A stretch of 64,000 nucleotides of DNA from the human T2T-CHM13v2.0 reference genome, Homo sapiens (GCF_009914755.1 NC_060943.1), one strand, 5' to 3'; positions 1 through 12,254 are shown, counted from the first letter of the stretch. Numbers and translations are program-made. The notes: generated by a model from the sequence alone, not told the origin.

Positions 1-95
1 AGTTTCTAATGTCCGTTTTATACTACTATAAAATGGTACTATGTATTCTTTATTGATGGTACTATTTACACTTTATTTTATACAGACTCTGGCTC

Positions 96-273
96 CACAA
101 AAAGGTTAAAAATTAGCCAGGTGCAGTGGTGCACATCTGCGGCCGCAGCTACTCAGGAGGCTGAGGCAGAAGGATTGCTTGAGCTCGGATGGTCAGGGCT
201 GCAATGAGCTATGATCACACATCACATCAATGCACTCCAGCCTGGGCAACAGAGTGAGACCCTGTCTCTAAAA
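96..273 (+). mobile_element. Old Alu right arm (AluJ/FRAM-like), once per unit
   Basis: AAAAATTAGCCAGGTG...GAGGCTGAGGCAGAAGGATTGCTTGAGC...GCACTCCAGCCTGGGCAACAGAGTGAGACCCTGTCTC, with J-type diagnostics. Confidence 0.85.
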
Positions 274-283
274 GAATAGAAGA

Positions 284-574
<291 letters not shown>

Positions 575-653
575 TTAAAAACACTTAGGAAGATGTCATT
601 TCTTCCTATCAAGGCGTCCTCCCTTTATGTTTTGTCGTTATATTGGGAACGAT

Positions 654-661
654 AAAAAAAA
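654..661 (-). terminator. Pol III oligo-T terminator (T8), present in every copy
   Basis: Plus-strand A8 at 654-661 reads T8 on the snaR strand, directly after GGAAAAAAGGA. Confidence 0.9.
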
Positions 662-691
662 TCCTTTTTTCCGACCCATGTGGACCAGGCT

Positions 692-703
692 GGCCTCGAA
701 CTC
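692..703 (-). promoter_or_regulatory. Pol III type-2 internal B box (TFIIIC site), present in every copy
   Basis: Minus strand GAGTTCGAGGCC, close to the GTTCGANNC / Alu GAGTTCGAGACC consensus, at RNA nt 72-83. Confidence 0.88.
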
Positions 704-749
704 GTGCCCTGGAACCCCCGCCTCCGTGAGGGCCCGACGGCAGGCGCAA

Positions 750-762
750 CCGGCCTGAGCCA
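750..762 (-). promoter_or_regulatory. Pol III internal A box, present in every copy
   Basis: Minus strand TGGCTCAGGCCGG at RNA nt 13-25, tRNA/Alu-like TRGCnnA...GG. Confidence 0.8.
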
Positions 763-796
763 CAATGGCTCCGGGTGTCGGGGCTGTCCTTTAGTC

Positions 797-806
797 CCTT
801 TGATCT
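797..806 (-). promoter_or_regulatory. Candidate TCF/LEF site immediately upstream of the snaR start, in every copy
   Basis: Plus strand CCTTTGATCT = minus strand AGATCAAAGG, the optimal TCF/LEF consensus. Motif match only; occupancy unknown. Confidence 0.45.
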
Positions 807-820
807 TACGCAGGGTGAGG

Positions 821-830
821 GAGCCAATCA
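821..830 (+). promoter_or_regulatory. Candidate CCAAT (NF-Y) box about 50 bp upstream of snaR
   Basis: GAGCCAATCA fits the RRCCAATCA consensus. Motif match only. Confidence 0.45.
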
Positions 831-890
831 CCAGAGGCTCCCCCCTGTCGTCACCCAGTCCCCAGGGCCAGTGAGGGCCCTGCGTTCCAT

Positions 891-922
891 GGCGCCCCCT
901 GGAGGGAGGAAGGGGAACTGTA
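891..922 (-). promoter_or_regulatory. Candidate CTCF site (core plus upstream motif), in every copy
   Basis: Minus strand TACAGTTCC-CCTTC-CTC-CCTCCAGGGGGCGCC versus the consensus TGCAGTnCC-n5/6-TGG-CCACCAGGGGGCGC. Confidence 0.65.
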
Positions 923-964
923 TCTGAGAGTTCAGTATCTGACAATAAGGAAAAGGCATGGTAG

Positions 965-1507
<543 letters not shown>

Positions 1508-1787
1508 TTAATTTATCTTCACTTCTGATATGACATTTAATTTTTCATTCATTTTCTGTCTATTATTGTTCGTTTTTTAACTTAAAAAAAAATTCTGTAC
1601 TTTATGAATTTCTGTTTCAAGGTGTTTTTCCCATCTCCAAATGCTTATTTGGAAATGTTTCCTTTCCTCTTGGTTCATTTCTTCTGGTGTGTGTGTGCAC
1701 GCGCCCGCGTGCATGTGTGTACTCGGGTCTCATTTTCTGCTTTCTTCCTGCAGTACCTCGTTTATGGGAGATGCACTTCGCTTTTCT

Positions 1788-1914
1788 TATTTTTTTAGTA
1801 GAGAGGGGGTTTCACTGGTTTAGCCAGAACAGTCTCGATCTCCTGACCTTGTGATCCGCCCACCTCGGGCTCCCAAAGTGCTGGGATTCCAGGAGTGAGC
1901 CACCGTGCCCGGCC
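1788..1914 (-). mobile_element. Antisense Alu left arm, once per unit
   Basis: TATTTTTTAGTAGAGAGGGGGTTTCAC...CTCCCAAAGTGCTGGGATT...GAGCCACCGTGCCCGGCC. Confidence 0.9.
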
Positions 1915-2078
1915 GTCCACTTTGCTTCTTGCAGAGGCTGATGGTTTGAGTAATTTCCGAGATTCATAGCTCGAGCGCGCCCTGTTCTGTCTATGCAGTG
2001 AAGGGCAGCTTTTTGCATCCACGGCTTTTTGTTGGCAAGGAGGAATGTGCAGTGGCCAGATTTGTTTCTTCCCCTTTT

Positions 2079-2125
2079 GTTGCTGTTGTTGTTGTTGCTG
2101 CTGCTGTTATTGTTGTTGTTGTTGT
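2079..2125. repeat. Interrupted (GTT/GCT)15 trinucleotide microsatellite, once per unit
   Basis: GTT GCT (GTT)4 (GCT)3 GTT ATT/ATC (GTT)4 GT. Confidence 0.95.
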
Positions 2126-2348
2126 ATTTTATTTTGTAGCATCCTAAAGTGTCCCCTCCTTCTATTTCTTATCCTTATCCAGGTAGGGTTTAGAAAAGCT
2201 AACTTCAGGGGCAGGGGAGAGAGAGAAAGAGAGGAGGAGAAAATGAGAATGAATGACAATACATGAACCCATGGGTCAACCTTTATTTCAAGGCAGCCCA
2301 AAAGGACGGCTCTCCCTTCTCTTTCACTCTCTTCTCTAGGTGTGAAGC

Positions 2349-2795
<447 letters not shown>

Positions 2796-3445
2796 CACAC
2801 ACCTGTATCTTTTCTAAGACTGGGAGAATTTTACAATTGCTTGACTAATTGAACAGTGCCTCGAGGATGTTACACTAGGTTATAAATAAATTCCTGCCGT
2901 GTTTAGCTGAGGCACGAACACAATGCCCACTGACAATTCCACTTTCCTCGAGGGCCATTCTTTATGAAAGGCTGTAGGAGTTCCACGACATTGTTGATTC
3001 CTGGATTCTCCAAGTCTCTAGAACTTGAGAACTACTTTTGTGTATTTTTTTAACCTTTAAGTTCAGAGTTTCTAATGTCCGTTTTATACTACTATAAAAT
3101 GGTACTATGTATTCTTTATTGATGGTACTATTTACACTTTATTTTATACAGACTCTGGCTCCACAAAAAGGTTAAAAATTAGCCAGGTGCAGTGGTGCAC
3201 ATCTGCGGCCGCAGCTACTCAGGAGGCTGAGGCAGAAGGATTGCTTGAGCTCGGATGGTCAGGGCTGCAATGAGCTATGATCACACATCACATCAATGCA
3301 CTCCAGCCTGGGCAACGGAGTGAGACCCTGTCTCTAAAAGAATAGAAGAGGCTGGGCGCGGTGGCTCACGCCTGTCATCCTACCACTTTGGGAGACCAAG
3401 GCGAGTGGATCATTTGAGGCCAGGTGTTCAAGACCAGCCTGGTCA

Positions 3446-3649
<204 letters not shown>

Positions 3650-3718
3650 TTAGGAAGATGTCATTTCTTCCTATCAAGGCGTCCTCCCTTTATGTTTTGT
3701 CGTTATATTGGGAACGAT

Positions 3719-3839
3719 AAAAAAAATCCTTTTTTCCGACCCATGTGGACCAGGCTGGCCTCGAACTCGTGCCCTGGAACCCCCGCCTCCGTGAGGGCCC
3801 GAGGGCAGGCGCAACCGGCCTGAGCCACAATGGCTCCGG
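3719..3839 (-). ncRNA. SNAR-A: snaR-A copy 2
   Basis: Array-consensus 121-nt sequence with A box, B box and T8 terminator. Confidence 0.95.
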
Positions 3840-4128
3840 GTGTCGGGGCTGTCCTTTAGTCCCTTTGATCTTACGCAGGGTGAGGGAGCCAATCACCAGA
3901 GGCTCCCCCCTGTCGTCACCCAGTCCCCAGGGCCAGTGAGGGCCCTGCGTTCCATGGCGCCCCCTGGAGGGAGGAAGGGGAACTGTATCTGAGAGTTCAG
4001 TATCTGACAATAAGGAAAAGGCATGGTAGATCAGATGGTGCCTAGTGTTCTGGGGAGAAGAAACAACGGGGTTGGGGAATGCGGAGTTGCAGTTTATAAT
4101 ACAGGCCTCATGTATAAGGCAGACCTCA

Positions 4129-4533
<405 letters not shown>

Positions 4534-5666
4534 TTAAGTTTGCATTTAGATCTCTTCTCCTTTGACCACTTTTAATTTATCTTCACTTCTGATATGACAT
4601 TTAATTTTTCATTCATTTTCTGTCTATTATTGTTCGTTTTTTAACTTAAAAAAAAATTCTGTACTTTATGAATTTCTGTTTCAAGGTGTTTTTCCCATCT
4701 CCAAATGCTTATTTGGAAATGTTTCCTTTCCTCTTGGTTCATTTCTTCTGGTGTGTGTGTGCACGCGCCCGCGTGCATGTGTGTACTCGGGTCTCATTTT
4801 CTGCTTTCTTCCTGCAGTACCTCGTTTATGGGAGATGCACTTCGCTTTTCTTATTTTTTTAGTAGAGAGGGGGTTTCACTGGTTTAGCCAGAACAGTCTC
4901 GATCTCCTGACCTTGTGATCCGCCCACCTCGGGCTCCCAAAGTGCTGGGATTCCAGGAGTGAGCCACCGTGCCCGGCCGTCCACTTTGCTTCTTGCAGAG
5001 GCTGATGGTTTGAGTAATTTCCGAGATTCATAGCTCGAGCGCGCCCTGTTCTGTCTATGCAGTGAAGGGCAGCTTTTTGCATCCACGGCTTTTTGTTGGC
5101 AAGGAGGAATGTGCAGTGGCCAGATTTGTTTCTTCCCCTTTTGTTGCTGTTGTTGTTGTTGCTGCTGCTGTTATTGTTGTTGTTGTTGTATTTTATTTTG
5201 TAGCATCCTAAAGTGTCCCCTCCTTCTATTTCTTATCCTTATCCAGGTAGGGTTTAGAAAAGCTAACTTCAGGGGCAGGGGAGAGAGAGAAAGAGAGGAG
5301 GAGAAAATGAGAATGAATGACAATACATGAACCCATGGGTCAACCTTTATTTCAAGGCAGCCCAAAAGGACGGCTCTCCCTTCTCTTTCACTCTCTTCTC
5401 TAGGTGTGAAGCTGATGCAGCACAGGCGAGCCCCAAAATTGAGGCTTAGCCCGGGGGGGTTCTTGGCTTCTCCTAGAAACTAATTCAAGAAGCCGGGCGC
5501 AGTGGCTCACGCCTGTAATCCCAGCACTTTGGGAGGCTGAGGCGGATGGATCACTTGAGGTAAGGAGTTCGAGACCAGCCTGGCCAACATGGTGAAACCC
5601 CATCTCTACTAAATATACAAAAATTACCCGGGCATGGGGACGGGTGCCTGTAATCCCAGCTATTCA

Positions 5667-5789
<123 letters not shown>

Positions 5790-6509
5790 TCAAGGGCAGG
5801 CCGGTGGTTTTAGACGGCAACCTTTACCGAAGCCTCAGTGCACAGCCACAGCAGAGGGACACACACCTGTATCTTTTCTAAGACTGGGAGAATTTTACAA
5901 TTGCTTGACTAATTGAACAGTGCCTCGAGGATGTTACACTAGGTTATAAATAAATTCCTGCCGTGTTTAGCTGAGGCACGAACACAATGCCCACTGACAA
6001 TTCCACTTTCCTCGAGGGCCATTCTTTATGAAAGGCTGTAGGAGTTCCACGACATTGTTGATTCCTGGATTCTCCAAGTCTCTAGAACTTGAGAACTACT
6101 TTTGTGTATTTTTTTAACCTTTAAGTTCAGAGTTTCTAATGTCCGTTTTATACTACTATAAAATGGTACTATGTATTCTTTATTGATGGTACTATTTACA
6201 CTTTATTTTATACAGACTCTGGCTCCACAAAAAGGTTAAAAATTAGCCAGGTGCAGTGGTGCACATCTGCGGCCCCAGCTACTCAGGAGGCTGAGGCAGA
6301 AGGATTGCTTGAGCTCGGATGGTCAGGGCTGCAATGAGCTATGATCACACATCACATCAATGCACTCCAGCCTGGGCAACAGAGTGAGACCCTGTCTCTA
6401 AAAGAATAGAAGAGGCTGGGCGCGGTGGCTCACGCCTGTCATCCTACCACTTTGGGAGACCAAGGCGAGTGGATCATTTGAGGCCAGGTGTTCAAGACCA
6501 GCCTGGTCA

Positions 6510-6713
<204 letters not shown>

Positions 6714-6782
6714 TTAGGAAGATGTCATTTCTTCCTATCAAGGCGTCCTCCCTTTATGTTTTGTCGTTATATTGGGAACGAT

Positions 6783-6903
6783 AAAAAAAATCCTTTTTTC
6801 CGACCCATGTGGACCAGGCTGGCCTCGAACTCGTGCCCTGGAACCCCCGCCTCCGTGAGGGCCCGAGGGCAGGCGCAACCGGCCTGAGCCACAATGGCTC
6901 CGG
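6783..6903 (-). ncRNA. SNAR-A: snaR-A copy 3
   Basis: Array-consensus sequence. Confidence 0.95.
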
Positions 6904-7285
6904 GTGTCGGGGCTGTCCTTTAGTCCCTTTGATCTTACGCAGGGTGAGGGAGCCAATCACCAGAGGCTCCCCCCTGTCGTCACCCAGTCCCCAGGGCCAG
7001 TGAGGGCCCTGCGTTCCATGGCGCCCCCTGGAGGGAGGAAGGGGAACTGTATCTGAGAGTTCAGTATCTGACAATAAGGAAAAGGCATGGTAGATCAGAT
7101 GGTGCCTAGTGTTCTGGGGAGAAGAAACAACGGGGTTGGGGAATGCGGAGTTGCAGTTTATAATACAGGCCTCATGTATAAGGCAGACCTCATGGGGAAG
7201 GTAACATCTGTGCAGAGAAATGGAGATGAGGGCTAGGAGCCATGCAAATACTGGAACATGCTTGCCAGCAGAAGTCGAGAAACAA

Positions 7286-7597
7286 GGCTGGCGCAGTGGC
7301 CCACACCTGTAATCCCAGGACTTTGGGAGGCCGAGGCAGGTAGATCACGAGGTCAGCAGTTGGAGACCAGCCCGGCCAACATGGTGAAACCGTGTCTCTA
7401 CTAAAAATACAAAAATTAGCTGGGTGTGGTGGCACACGCCTGTAATCCCAGCCACTTGGGAGGGTGAGGTAGGAGAATCGCTTGAACCTGGGAGGTAGAG
7501 GTTGCAGTGATGCAGTGAGCCGAGACCACGCCATTGTACTCTCGCCTGGGCGACAGAGCGAGACTCCATCTCAAAAAAAAAAAAAAAAAAAAAAAAA
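7286..7597 (+). mobile_element. Alu A (AluS-like) of long units
   Basis: Full two-arm Alu with an internal TGCAGTGA duplication (GTTGCAGTGATGCAGTGAGCC). Tail is pure A or AAAC-interrupted depending on the unit. Confidence 0.92.
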
Positions 7598-7813
7598 GCA
7601 AAAACAAACAGGTGAGATTCATTTTGATAAAATAGCTGATTTAACCTAATATACCTAAAACATCATAATTTTAACATAATCAATAGAAACATTTTTGCAA
7701 GATTTTATGTTATTTTTTACCATACGACGTCTTGGAAATCTTGGTTTCGACCAGCCATGTTCAACTGCTCAGTAGCCATGTGTGGCCAGAGGCGGCCGTA
7801 TTGGACAGTGCAG
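7598..7813. mobile_element. MER33/MER3-like hAT-Charlie DNA transposon fragment (long units only)
   Basis: AAACAGGTGAGATTCATTTTGAT...TGCTCAGTAGCCATGTGTGGCCAGAGGCGGCCGTATTGGACAGTGCAG matches the MER33/MER3 terminus as recalled. Confidence 0.7.
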
Positions 7814-7819
7814 ATGGTG

Positions 7820-7975
7820 CATGAGGGTGTTCGGGCAGTGGGAACAGCCAGTACAGAGGCCCTGTGGGGGCACATGCCTGCTGCTACGGGAACAGTGAGG
7901 AGCCCCGTGTGGCTGCAGTGGAGTGAGAGGGAGAAGGTGGGAGATGTAACCAACAGTCTCATCATTCATTCATTA
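7820..7975 (-). mobile_element. L2 fragment (long units only)
   Basis: GGCAGTGGGAACAGCCAGTACAGAGGCCCTG...GGAACAGTGAGGAGCCCCGTGTGGCTGCAGTGGAGTGAG is typical antisense L2. Confidence 0.65.
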
Positions 7976-7976
7976 A

Positions 7977-8297
<321 letters not shown>

Positions 8298-8379
8298 TAG
8301 TTGAATAAAGAAGACACCGGAGTTTGTTCTGTATCTTCTCCTTTCAAATTCTGTGCCATTTGAATTTTTTCCTATTCCT

Positions 8380-8492
8380 TTTATATATTTTTAATTGACA
8401 AATTGTACATATTTATCATGTACATATTGTTTTGAAATATGTATATACCGTAGAATGGCTAAATCAAGATCATTAACATATGTATTACTTTA
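8380..8492 (-). mobile_element. Antisense L1M(A)-type 3' end fragment (long units only)
   Basis: TTTTTAATTGACAAATTGTACATATTTAT...GAATGGCTAAATCAAG...ATTAACATATG resembles the L1MA 3' terminus. Confidence 0.6.
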
Positions 8493-8493
8493 C

Positions 8494-9690
8494 CTATTTT
8501 CCTTTTTTCGTTGTGTCTCTGCCAGGTTTCGGTATCAGAATGACTCTGACCTCATAGAATGAGTTAGAGAGCAGTTGCTCCTCCTCAATTGTGTGGAATA
8601 ATTTCAGTAGGATTGGTGCCGCCTTTTCTTTACACGTCTGGTAGGATTCGACTGTGAATCCGTCTAGTCTAAGGTTTTTTGTGCTGGTTGGTAGGTTTTG
8701 TATGACTAACTCAATTTTGGAACTCATCGTTGGTTTGTTCAGGGTTTCCATTTCTTCCTGGTTCAATCTTGAGAGGTTTTATGTTTCCAGGAATTTCTCT
8801 ATTTCTTCTAGTTTTCTAGTTTGTGTGCATAGAGGCATGTGGAATAGTCTCAGGGTTTCTTGTATATCTGTGGGTCAGTGGTAATGTCACCTTTGTCATT
8901 TCTGATTGTGTTTATTTGGATCTTGTCTTTTTTTCTTTATTAATCTAGCTAGTGGTCTTCCCATGTTATTTATGCTTTCAAAAATATCAACTTTGTATGA
9001 ATTAACAGCATTTGCCGTGACCTGGATGAGACCGGAGACTGTTATTCTAAGTGAAGTAAGTCAGGAATGGAAAACCAAACATCGTATGTTCTCACTGATA
9101 TGTGGGAGCTAAGCTATGAGGACGCAAAGGCGTAAGAATGATACAATGGACTTTGGGGACTTAGGGGGACGAGTTGGCGGGGGCGAGGGATAAAATACAA
9201 CAAGTAGGGTGTAGTGTATACTGCTCAGGTGATGGGTGCACCAAAATCACAAATCACCACTAAAGAGCTTATGTAACCACACACCACCTGTACCCCAATA
9301 ATTTATGGAATAAATAATAAATAAATAATTTTTTTAAAAAATCAACTTTGGGTTTCATTGATCTTTTGTATGGTTTTTTACGTCTCCATTTCATTCAGGT
9401 CAGCTCCGATGTTGGTTTTTTTTTTTCTTCTGCTAGCTTTGGGGTTGATTTGCTCTTGTTTTTCTAATTCCTCTAGGTGTGATGTTAGGCGGTTCATTTG
9501 AGATCTTTCTAGCTTCTTAGTGTAGCCCTTTAGCACTAGAAACTTCCTTTGAGCACTGTTCTAGCTGTGTCCCAGAGATTCTGGGATGTTGTATGTTTGT
9601 TTTCATTAGTTTCAGATAATTTTTTTATTTCTGCCTTAATTTCAGTCTTTACCCAAAAGTCATTTGGAAGCAGGTTGTTTAATTTCCATG
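8494..9690 (-). mobile_element. Antisense L1 ORF2 fragment, interrupted by a nested L1 (long units only)
   Basis: Residual frame [11 protein letters not shown]...[13 protein letters not shown]...[33 protein letters not shown] is recognisable L1 ORF2p (Z region before the RT domain), degenerate. Confidence 0.93.
8996..9335 (+). mobile_element. 5'-truncated L1PB-type 3' end nested in the antisense L1 (long units only)
   Basis: Encodes the ORF2 C-terminal remnant AFAVTWMRPETVILSEVSQEWKTKHRMFSLICGS*, then 3'UTR and an AATAAA-rich tail. Target-site duplication AAAAATATCAACTTTG (8980-8995) / AAAAAATCAACTTTG (9336-9350). Confidence 0.88.
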
Positions 9691-9699
9691 ATGACTCTA

Positions 9700-9879
<180 letters not shown>

Positions 9880-11013
9880 TTAAGTTTGCATTTAGATCTC
9901 TTCTCCTTTGACCACTTTTAATTTATCTTCACTTCTGATATGACATTTAATTTTTCATTCATTTTCTGTCTATTATTGTTCGTTTTTTAACTTAAAAAAA
10001 AATTCTGTACTTTATGAATTTCTGTTTCAAGGTGTTTTTCCCATCTCCAAATGCTTATTTGGAAATGTTTCCTTTCCTCTTGGTTCATTTCTTCTGGTGT
10101 GTGTGTGCGCGCGCCGGCGTGCATGTGTGTACTCGGGTCTCATTTTCTGCTTTCTTCCTGCAGTACCTCGTTTATGGGAGATGCACTTCGCTTTTCTTAT
10201 TTTTTTAGTAGAGAGGGGGTTTCACTGGTTTAGCCAGAACAGTCTCGATCTCCTGACCTCGTGATCCGCCCACCTCGGGCTCCCAAAGTGCTGGGATTCC
10301 AGGAGTGAGCCACCGCGCCCGGCCGTCCACTTTGCTTCTTGCAGAGGCTGATGGTTTGAGTAATTTCCGAGATTCATAGCTCGAGCGCGCCCTGTTCTGT
10401 CTATGCAGTGAAGGGCAGCTTTTTGCATCCACGGCTTTTTGTTGGCAAGGAGGAATGTGCAGTGGCCAGATTTGTTTCTTCCCCTTTTGTTGCTGTTGTT
10501 GTTGTTGCTGCTGCTGTTATCGTTGTTGTTGTTGTATTTTATTTTGTAGCATCCTAAAGTGTCCCCTCCTTCTATTTCTTATCGTTATCCAGGTAGGGTT
10601 TAGAAAAGCTAACTTCAGGGGCAGGGGAGAGAGAGAAAGAGAGGAAGAGAAAATGAGAATGAATGACAATACATGAACCCATGGGTCAACCTTTATTTCA
10701 AGGCAGCCCAAAAGGACGGCTCTCCCTTCTCTTTCACTCTCTTCTCTAGGTGTGAAGCTGATGCAGCACAGGCGAGCCCCAAAATTGAGGCTTAGCCCGG
10801 GGGGGTTCTTGGCTTCTCCTAGAAACTAATTCAAGAAGCCGGGCGCAGTGGCTCACGCCTGTAATCCCAGCACTTTGGGAGGCTGAGGCGGATGGATCAC
10901 TTGAGGTAAGGAGTTCGAGACCAGCCTGGCCAACATGCTGAAAACCCCATCTCTACTAAATATACAAAAATTACCCGGGCATGGGGACGGGTGCCTGTAA
11001 TCCCAGCTGTTCA

Positions 11014-11139
<126 letters not shown>

Positions 11140-11859
11140 TCAAGGGCCGGCCGGTGGTTTTAGACGGCAACCTTTACCGAAGCCTCAGTGCACAGCCACA
11201 GCAGAGGGACACACACCTGTATCTTTTCTAAGACTGGGAGAATTTTACAATTGCTTGACTAATTGAACAGTGCCTCGAGGATGTTACACTAGGTTATAAA
11301 TAAATTCCTGCCGTGTTTAGCTGAGGCACGAACACAATGCCCACTGACAATTCCACTTTCCTCGAGGGCCATTCTTTATGAAAGGCTGTAGGAGTTCCAC
11401 GACATTGTTGATTCCTGGATTCTCCAAGTCTCTAGAACTTGAGAACTACTTTTGTGTATTTTTTTAACCTTTAAGTTCAGAGTTTCTAATGTCCGTTTTA
11501 TACTACTATAAAATGGTACTATGTATTCTTTATTGATGGTACTATTTACACTTTATTTTATACAGACTCTGGCTCCACAAAAAGGTTAAAAATTAGCCAG
11601 GTGCAGTGGTGCACATCTGCGGCCGCAGCTACTCAGGAGGCTGAGGCAGAAGGATTGCTTGAGCTCGGATGGTCAGGGCTGCAATGAGCTATGATCACAC
11701 ATCACATCAATGCACTCCAGCCTGGGCAACGGAGTGAGACCCTGTCTCTAAAAGAATAGAAGAGGCTGGGCGCGGTGGCTCACGCCTGTCATCCTACCAC
11801 TTTGGGAGACCAAGGCGAGTGGATCATTTGAGGCCAGGTGTTCAAGACCAGCCTGGTCA

Positions 11860-12054
<195 letters not shown>

Positions 12055-12133
12055 TTAAAAACACTTAGGAAGATGTCATTTCTTCCTATCAAGGCGTCCT
12101 CCCTTTATGTTTTGTCGTTATATTGGGAACGAT

Positions 12134-12254
12134 AAAAAAAATCCTTTTTTCCGACCCATGTGGACCAGGCTGGCCTCGAACTCGTGCCCTGGAACTCCCG
12201 CCTCCGTGAGGGCCCGAGGGCAGGCGCAACCGGCCTGAGCCACAATGGCTCCGG
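12134..12254 (-). ncRNA. SNAR-A: snaR-A copy 4 (variant G59A)
   Basis: Consensus except plus-strand T at 12196 (GGAACTCCCG versus GGAACCCCCG). Confidence 0.93.

Larger units (their letters stand above)
654..774 (-). ncRNA. SNAR-A: snaR-A Pol III small RNA, copy 1 (variant C37G)
   Basis: Minus strand reads CCGGAGCCATTGTGGCTCAGGCCGGTTGCGCCTGCCGTCGGGCCCTCACGGAGGCGGGGGTTCCAGGGCACGAGTTCGAGGCCAGCCTGGTCCACATGGGTCGGAAAAAAGGATTTTTTTT, matching snaR-A as I recall it. Has A box, B box, oligo-A and T8 terminator. 5' end is +/- a few nt; paralog number not assignable. Confidence 0.93.

Noticed and set aside
20-70. Short direct repeats (ATGGTACTAT twice; also GTATCTGA twice near 920-942)
   Set aside because: Small local duplications with no supportable function.
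660-795. Target-site duplication around snaR (AAAGGA on both sides)
   Set aside because: Only about 6 bp and offset from the RNA 5' end, so too weak. Identical kilobase flanks show the copies arose by segmental duplication, not individual retrotransposition.
609-945. Repeated 72-aa, 106-aa and 64-aa ORFs overlapping snaR
   Set aside because: They start at TTG or GTG rather than ATG, resemble no protein I know, and two are frameshifted in copy 5. Their recurrence only reflects DNA duplication.
2045-2301. Poly-Cys 73-aa ORF and poly-Gln antisense ORF
   Set aside because: These are translations of the (GTT/GCT)n microsatellite, not a metallothionein or keratin-associated gene. The tract is collapsed in the last unit.
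8494-9112. L1 ORF2-like peptides as an active retroelement or domesticated gene
   Set aside because: Short, degenerate fragments in opposite orientations, with no intact endonuclease or RT domain.
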